From a virus (Duplodnaviria > Caudoviricetes), in the IMG/VR virus record IMGVR_UViG_3300045771_000049, positions 1 through 64,000 of that record: a stretch of DNA of 64,000 bases, one strand, 5' to 3'. Below the pieces are notes generated by a model, which was not told where the DNA came from, did not search any database, and saw nothing but the letters and a program-made list of their open reading frames with translations. This document shows, piece after piece, positions 57,823 to 64,000 of this stretch; the first letter of the stretch is position 1; each line of letters starts with the position of its first letter. The position numbers were made by a program, and so were the translations under genes.

Positions 57823-58386
57823 TCACACGCTAAGACTGTAAGTAACATTCAGCGTATCGCCATTCGATACGGTCTTAGAACCAGCACTGAAATTGGCAGA
57901 TGAGAACAGGATTCCACCGGTTGCCGCTGTATTCAATACGGTGTTGGCACCTGTCCCGCCCGTAACCAGCATATTGCCGGTGATGGTGGCAGAACCGGTA
58001 ATGGCAAACGAGGTCGTTGTGGCGCTCTTTGAGCCGGTTGCTGCCGCACTCCAGGCAACGGTCAGACGGGTGTTACCGGTGATGATCCCAGCCGCGATTT
58101 CAGTAACGGTCGGGGACGCGTAGGTCGAGGTAGACACTGCCGTGCCACCGGTGATCAAGCTCATATACCAGACAGCCGTGTAAGCCGAACCGGCGAGATA
58201 CGTGTCAAGCATGCCGTTCTTGCCCTGGTTGACCACAAGGTTCAGGGCATCATCGGCCCACTTTAGCTGTCCATCGGGGCCAATGCATTCAACGTGGTAG
58301 ACACCCACAGCGCTCAGTGCTTCGGCGCTGGAGCTATTGCGGATGACGGACGCGGAATTCGCGTCTTGGGTTTTCAGGTTTTCCAT
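57823..58386 (-). CDS. Putative virion structural protein
   Basis: NLVVNQG...WY..LI...V.NGDTLNVTY; late promoter upstream and terminator downstream. Confidence 0.75.
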   Translation of the reverse strand: MENLKTQDANSASVIRNSSSAEALSAVGVYHVECIGPDGQLKWADDALNLVVNQGKNGMLDTYLAGSAYTAVWYMSLITGGTAVSTSTYASPTVTEIAAGIITGNTRLTVAWSAAATGSKSATTTSFAITGSATITGNMLVTGGTGANTVLNTAATGGILFSSANFSAGSKTVSNGDTLNVTYSLSV

Positions 58387-58834
58387 ATATCTCTCGCTAA
58401 AATGGAGTGTGACGTTATTTAGTACGACGACGCTTTCCCTCCGTTGCAGGTCGCTCGCAACGATGGTTTGCGTCTATGTAGGCGAAAAATTTCAACCGCT
58501 CGTGATTTGACACCCGCCCACCGTCCATGCCTATTCGGTGAACTAATAGTATCGGAATATGGATCGCGCGGTTCTGGTCCAGGCCGTCATGTTGACTTAT
58601 GACATGGCTCGCGTTCCGCCGAAGCGAGCGCCAGCAGATCGATCAACGCTGCGGGGACCTGTCCTATCCGCTCTATGTTCATCATGAGAATATGCTGATC
58701 TTGGCGCTCTCGATGACGGCGGGGTATACGTCCTGGCCTTTGCGTTATCCTACAGTCTGCTACGCGTGGTCGATCCTGGCGTTAACCGGGTACGCGATGC
58801 GATCCGAGGCAACCGGCTTGAGCGGGTGCTGGGA

Positions 58835-59932
58835 CTAGTCGGACGGCGGCTTGTATAGCTTGTCGAACCGGTGCCGTTGCACGGTTTTGGGATCATGCTC
58901 GAAGCTATTGGTGGGGGACTGATCGGCCACCCGGAAGGCTGCCAATTCGGTGGCGTTCCAGAACACGTAAGCCTGATGCAGATGGCCGCCACCGCCGCGT
59001 GTATAGCCGCCTGCCCGCAGGCCGCCATCATAGGTGAGACCGACGTAGCCGAGAGCTTCCATGGCCTTGACGAAGCGATCATGCCGCCCGGCCTTGTCGA
59101 ACACGTGATATCCGCCATGGGTGCCGTTGCGCAACTCATCCAAGGTGGGGTTCTGCCCCTTGCCGCCGATCGTTTTGTCACTCCAGGCATAGCGGGTGCC
59201 TCGGGTCTTGTAATTCTTCACGTAGGCGTCGAAATCCACGCCATTCTCATCGCCATCTCGCAGATCATGTCCGGTCGGACCCATCTCCGCGAACCACAGT
59301 TTGCGCACCAGTTGCAGAACCTTGTCCGGCATCGGCCGTTCAGCATGCAGCGCCCGGCTCAGATAGGACTCCGGCACATCAAAACCGGCTATTGTTGCAT
59401 TATGAGACCGCGTAATGATGCTCAACTCACCCTGGGTATTGCGGGCGATTTTCAAGTTTGGCAGCATCTGTTTGAGTTTGGTTTGCGCGGCGGCGTAGTT
59501 CGCCAGGGCGAGCGTCTTGTGATGCTCGGCCAGGAACCAACGCAGGCTGCGCCATTGATGATCCCCCATGCCGTTGACATCAGCGCCACGCTTGTGACCT
59601 TTCAAGGATTCCATCGCCCAATCTTGTTTTAGCTCTTTCTCCTTGGTCGGCCAGTCGATCACCTGATCGATCAGCGTGCGAATGTAGCCTGCCATCAGAT
59701 CGCGCTGGGTCTTTGCCTCCGGGTCGGAGAACAGCACATGCTCATCGCCTTGCTTGATCGCATAATCGGCGGCGATCTCGGGATCGTTGGTCAGGTAGAT
59801 GCCGGGACCGAACAGGCCGCGATCGCTGGTCTTTGCTACGTCGAATTGGTCGATCCTGGTGGCATCGCCGCGATACAGCAGGGTTTCCCATAACATTGCC
59901 GGGGACCGGCTCCACGACTGTTGCAGGGGCAT
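58835..59932 (-). CDS. ART-PolyVal-like protein with helical insertion
   Basis: LWE|TLLYRGD..FD...LFGPGIYLTNDP..A..YA, GY.G..Y.GG, YVFW; start uncertain. Confidence 0.75.
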   Translation of the reverse strand: MPLQQSWSRSPAMLWETLLYRGDATRIDQFDVAKTSDRGLFGPGIYLTNDPEIAADYAIKQGDEHVLFSDPEAKTQRDLMAGYIRTLIDQVIDWPTKEKELKQDWAMESLKGHKRGADVNGMGDHQWRSLRWFLAEHHKTLALANYAAAQTKLKQMLPNLKIARNTQGELSIITRSHNATIAGFDVPESYLSRALHAERPMPDKVLQLVRKLWFAEMGPTGHDLRDGDENGVDFDAYVKNYKTRGTRYAWSDKTIGGKGQNPTLDELRNGTHGGYHVFDKAGRHDRFVKAMEALGYVGLTYDGGLRAGGYTRGGGGHLHQAYVFWNATELAAFRVADQSPTNSFEHDPKTVQRHRFDKLYKPPSD

Positions 59933-60047
59933 TGGCAGGGTTCCTAATCTCGCTTCGATGCGGCCTGGGCGGGCGATTGCTCGATTGATGGGTACATACG
60001 AGATATGTAGTTAGAAGTCAGCACCATTTGACCGCTCAATACCCTAC

Positions 60048-60809
60048 ATGTTGCGTCAGCGACGGCGTGATTATCCCGGTTTCCGGGAGTCAGGTCTCCT
60101 TATGGAGAATTACCCGAGCGGGCATTACGTTCCGGTCGAACAAGCCATTCACACGATGCGTGCGTTACTGCGGCCCATTCGACGCCATTACAAAAAACTC
60201 TACTGGGCAGAAACGCCCGAATGGGTCGCGGCCCAATTGCGTGAGGCGGCCGATGACCATGGCATGGTAGGTTTCAACCAAGCCATTAGATTGCTTTTGC
60301 GCGCCACCGATCAACGGAGGAAACCGAACACCAATCGCGGCATGGCGGCGGTGCATAACCTGTTTCGCAACGTGGCGAAGCGGCCCGTGCCAAAGCTAAA
60401 TATTTCGTCCAGAGAAAAGAGTTTGCCGGTGGAACCCCTTCGGATGACGGTTGGCGCCATGATCGAGCGCCTCGATGCGTATGATCCGAAAGCGCATCTA
60501 TATCTCGACGGCTGCACCCTGGTGGTGGTTAACCCTGACGCTCTCGAAACGGGGGCATGGCTGCCCTCACTGGAAGGCTACATAGCGACCAAGGAGCCTC
60601 CCACTGCATCACCTGAGGTTCCGCATCGGAGACGCAAATTGAACGCTGATCTGCTTATTGGCATCATCTTCTTTTTCATCCTCGGCATGACGGCCTTGGC
60701 CGCCAAGGATGCCACCACAACCAATTTCAATTCAAATCGCATGTGGACGCTGGCCCCGTGGCCTTGTGAAACGCTGGTCGCACGGGCACCGCCATGCCGC
60801 CCGCATTAG
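60048..60809 (+). CDS. Hypothetical protein with C-terminal TM helix
   Basis: LLIGIIFFFILGMTALAA; start uncertain. Confidence 0.55.
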   Translation: MLRQRRRDYPGFRESGLLMENYPSGHYVPVEQAIHTMRALLRPIRRHYKKLYWAETPEWVAAQLREAADDHGMVGFNQAIRLLLRATDQRRKPNTNRGMAAVHNLFRNVAKRPVPKLNISSREKSLPVEPLRMTVGAMIERLDAYDPKAHLYLDGCTLVVVNPDALETGAWLPSLEGYIATKEPPTASPEVPHRRRKLNADLLIGIIFFFILGMTALAAKDATTTNFNSNRMWTLAPWPCETLVARAPPCRPH

Positions 60810-60977
60810 GCCGAACCATTATGCTCAAAGGTATTTGTTTGATGGCAGCATGCAGCATCTATTCCTGGATGTGGACCCATGTGCTCGGGTATCCCGTGCT
60901 GCTCAATCCGAGCCGACTCGCTATGTTGATCGATCAAGTCGATCTTGCTGTAGCCGTACTGAGACAGGGAGGTTGGG

Positions 60978-61577
60978 ATGCGCTCGCGTGAATTCCTTGA
61001 AGCGTTATCGATACGGGCACAGACCGAGACCCCCGAGTTTAAACGCTGGTTCGGGGCTTCGAAGGTGGTGGATGCCGAGGGACAGCCGCTGATCGTCTAT
61101 CACGGAACCACCAAGGATTTCGAGGCCTTCAAACTGCCCGGCCGCAAAGCCAGGGGCGGTAATGCGATCTTCTTCGCCACCGCGCCGAGTACGGCATCGT
61201 ATTTCAGCCGTAACATGGCCAATGCGCGAGTGCTTCCCGTCTACGTTCGCTTGGAAAACCCGTTTGACTTCGCGAGTGAGGCGGCATTGGCATTGATCGA
61301 GCCGTTCATCCGGAAGAACTTTGCGGCATTATATCCAGGTGCATTGTTCGGTCCGGATGCGGCCATCAGCTTCTTGCGCGGCGGCGACTATGGCAGTTTG
61401 GAAAAACCAGCGGTGCGCGCATGGATGGTCAAGCGCGGCTATGACGGGTTTTGGACCAACGAGCAGGCTGGTGGCCAGCGCACGCTCGGGGTCTTTAGTC
61501 CCAATCAAGTCAAATCAGCGATTGGCAATCAGGGTCAGTTCAATCCGGCTGATGACCGGATCAACGAGGCGCCGTGA
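60978..61577 (+). CDS. ART-PolyVal-like protein with leader
   Basis: MRSREFLE; FKRWFG.SKVVD..G.PL.VYHGT, IFFA, GYDG, VF.PNQVKSAIGN.GQF; GGAGG SD. Confidence 0.88.
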   Translation: MRSREFLEALSIRAQTETPEFKRWFGASKVVDAEGQPLIVYHGTTKDFEAFKLPGRKARGGNAIFFATAPSTASYFSRNMANARVLPVYVRLENPFDFASEAALALIEPFIRKNFAALYPGALFGPDAAISFLRGGDYGSLEKPAVRAWMVKRGYDGFWTNEQAGGQRTLGVFSPNQVKSAIGNQGQFNPADDRINEAP

Positions 61578-61907
61578 TTAAGGCGCGTCCGGGTTGGCCG
61601 CATTCCATCTCCAGGCCGGAGCCTTCCGGGTAGTCAGGATGCGGGCCATGTTGATGTATTTGCTCCAAAGCGGCGCCGGACCGTCTTCGGTGTCCACAAC
61701 GCGATAGGGATCATGATGCGCCTGACCGGCGAGCCGATGGGCGATGCGTTGCACATCTTGCATCCAGACCAAACACTCCGCACAGACGGTGGTTTGTTCC
61801 GCTGTTTCACGTAGGGCTTCCGCAGCGGTTCGTTTTGAGGCGAATATACCACTGCACATCGAACAAAAATACCGGTCTCCGAACAAGTCGCTTAGTTGAT
61901 CGCCCAT
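61578..61907 (-). CDS. Hypothetical Zn-finger-like protein
   Basis: GGAG SD; CxxC...CxxC. Confidence 0.55.
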   Translation of the reverse strand: MGDQLSDLFGDRYFCSMCSGIFASKRTAAEALRETAEQTTVCAECLVWMQDVQRIAHRLAGQAHHDPYRVVDTEDGPAPLWSKYINMARILTTRKAPAWRWNAANPDAP

Positions 61908-62921
61908 GATTGCTCCACGAAACGGAATTCCAAGTTGACGCAGTCAGGATTATGGGTCGCCCTGCTCCTGACGATCCGCCTCTGCGTCCCATAAGCGCGC
62001 TACTTCCAAGGCGTCTAGGCGTTGGCCGATATCCCGGCAACGTTCCGCATGGCGGCGATTGACCTGCGCCAGCACACGACACAGCAAGGGATTGGTTCCG
62101 GCAGGATCGATTTTCTTGCCACCAGAATTACTTTCCTCATCCATGGACGGTATCTTCCACAATTGCCTCGATCGCATGGCGTGCGCGGACACGCCAATAG
62201 GCCCGCGTGTCCCGATCGATGTTGCCCCAATTTGGCATATAACCACGTAGATCGTGGGTGAGACCAGTCAGCATGGCTTCTGCCGTCGCCACTTGATATT
62301 CATTCAAGAGGGCGATAATGGATACAGGTTCCAGCATGATCGCAATCCGCATTGCAGGAGATACTATACGCCCCCGTATTCGGCGCCGACGAACAGCGTT
62401 ATGCGATCGCCGTCGTGATCGGGCGGAAACGTGATCCGCAGTGTGGGAAGTGTGCCGTTGATGGCGGGATCATCCAGTATGATCTCGAAATGATCAACCA
62501 TCTTGCGGAGGTGCGCTACCATTTCAGCGTTGGTCATTGTCATCTCTCCGTTTGCTGTTTTTTAGGTCCGGGGTGAGCCATCCTCATTGCGCGTGATTGC
62601 GATGTTTGTCCACATGGCGCATTCCCGCAGCTTGCGAAGAACATATGTCCGATCGGCGCCTTCGGGCACATGTAATCGTCAAACGTCTGCCTTGTTGAGT
62701 GCATGGTATGATCCTTAGCGGCGGATCGCGTCCCACACGATGGCGCCGATGCCGAAGCCCATCGCGACACAACTGCCGCCGATCGATGTCCACTGCGCGG
62801 CGGCTTTTGACACGAAGAAGAACACGGGTGGAATTGCCGCGATAGTTACCAGAAGGATGATTACGAACCACCCCATCACAGGATGGGCAATGATGCGGGG
62901 TGGTCGCATCTTGATCTCCGT

Positions 62922-63248
62922 TCATGATACGCGTATTGTTGCCTTGGGATGACACGCGGCGCACAGCAAAATCTCCTCAAGGAATTGCAGCGCGGTTGGA
63001 TAGTCGCCCCACCTTGGCGGGGTCATCGGGATGTAGATGTCGGGGTTTGCTGCCATATGGGACACCGCGACTCGCAGCCTTGGCAGGGCGTCCGATGCCA
63101 GCGTGCCATGCAGATCATGGATGCCATCGCCACCCAGCGCGCGCCGGAACATCGGCCCGCAGTTGTATGTGTAGTTCAAGTCGTCATTGCCGATAATGGC
63201 AGGTTCTGCGCCGCCCGTGTCAATCTCAAAATGCACATCATAACTCAT
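62922..63248 (-). CDS. Hypothetical phage protein
   Basis: GGAGG SD; NYTYN...MF..ALG...WG.Y..AL.FL. Confidence 0.7.
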   Translation of the reverse strand: MSYDVHFEIDTGGAEPAIIGNDDLNYTYNCGPMFRRALGGDGIHDLHGTLASDALPRLRVAVSHMAANPDIYIPMTPPRWGDYPTALQFLEEILLCAACHPKATIRVS

Positions 63249-63427
63249 GCGTGCCTCCGCAAGACGAGTTCAGGCGCCGACCAGATGCTCGACAAAGCGC
63301 GCCAATTCCGAGGCGAGGTCGTGGGTTTCTGCCGTCATGTATTGCAGGCCCATATCGCGCTGGCGCTCATCGGCCTGCTGCACATATTTGCGCGTGAGAA
63401 ACTCAAAGATCGCCGTCTCGAAGTCTG

Positions 63428-63763
63428 TCATGGTCTGGCTTCCCTATGCCAATCGATTTTAAGGTTTGGATAATTGCCTCGTAAAATGCTATTCAACAAC
63501 TCCGGTTCGTCACTGGCAGCCCGATCCGACACTTTAAGCGGATTCTTGATTGACAGATAAACCGGGATGATGTGTTGGTTTTCCACTGGATCGCTGCTCC
63601 CAAGACGTTTACGCTCGCCTTGCAGAAACCTGAGTCGAATATTCGCAGCGCTGGCTGTTCCAAAATGCGAACCGGCGTGGAAGTCGTGAAAGACCTGATC
63701 GGCGCCATGAAACATCATCCGAGGCTTGCCGTTATTACTCACCTTTGCGGTATTATGTAGCAA
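63428..63763 (-). pseudogene. Truncated ART-PolyVal-like gene
   Basis: GKP..MFHG...F..F..GSHFGT, IIPVYLSIKNPL, but lacks the GYDG/VF C-terminal half. Confidence 0.6.
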
Positions 63764-63794
63764 ACACCACCATCCCTCCGAGCTAAATACTATA

Positions 63795-64000
63795 ATGAAT
63801 GGGATCAGAAAATGGCTTCGACTGGTAGAAGCTGGACTTCCAAACGACTTCCAATTCTCAAATTGGGGTTACTGGATCGAACCGAGTGGAAAATTCGTGC
63901 CAGTACCGCGACATGGACATTACACAGTCTATCAAATAGGTGATCATGCATTCGCAGAAGGTCGCATTCGTGTCACAGCGGTTACAGACCCATCAACCGT
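63795..64000 (+). CDS. Leader-bearing protein, truncated by window end
   Basis: TAAATA-CTATA-ATG; MNGIRKWLRLVE. Confidence 0.7.
   Translation, partial: MNGIRKWLRLVEAGLPNDFQFSNWGYWIEPSGKFVPVPRHGHYTVYQIGDHAFAEGRIRVTAVTDPST

Noticed and set aside
1-64000. Stop-codon reassignment
   Set aside because: Genes are full length in code 11 and use all three stops; no suppressor tRNA seen.

Overview
A 64-kb segment of a large, GC-rich tailed phage with T4-like late transcription; the host is possibly an alphaproteobacterium (weak inference). Structural genes include a gp20-type portal interrupted by two inteins only 15 aa apart, tail-fibre/virion proteins, and a 3937-aa acidic repeat protein carrying a DUF3494 ice-binding-like domain. 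Also present are the end of a CRISPR array (36-nt repeat, 30-nt spacers, no cas gene in the window), four tRNAs, a methyltransferase/endonuclease island and a complete IS200/IS605 element. Four patterns stand out. (1) The Trp-Phe-Tyr-Cys tRNA cluster is preceded by a 30-aa leader ORF containing FFCCWRY plus terminator/antiterminator pairings, an apparent ribosome-stalling attenuator sensing the same four tRNAs. (2) About 20 small genes, mostly ADP-ribosyltransferase-like, share an N-terminal peptide ending in hydrophobic-x-E, and most have TAAATA only 4-6 nt before the ATG, suggesting a modular set of leaderless, capsid-packaged effectors. (3) Three intergenic clusters of degenerate CRISPR-repeat-like hairpins lie far from the array. 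(4) A ~260-nt pseudoknotted structured RNA candidate sits at about 19.3-19.5 kb. All family calls come from motifs recognised by eye; no database searches were run.
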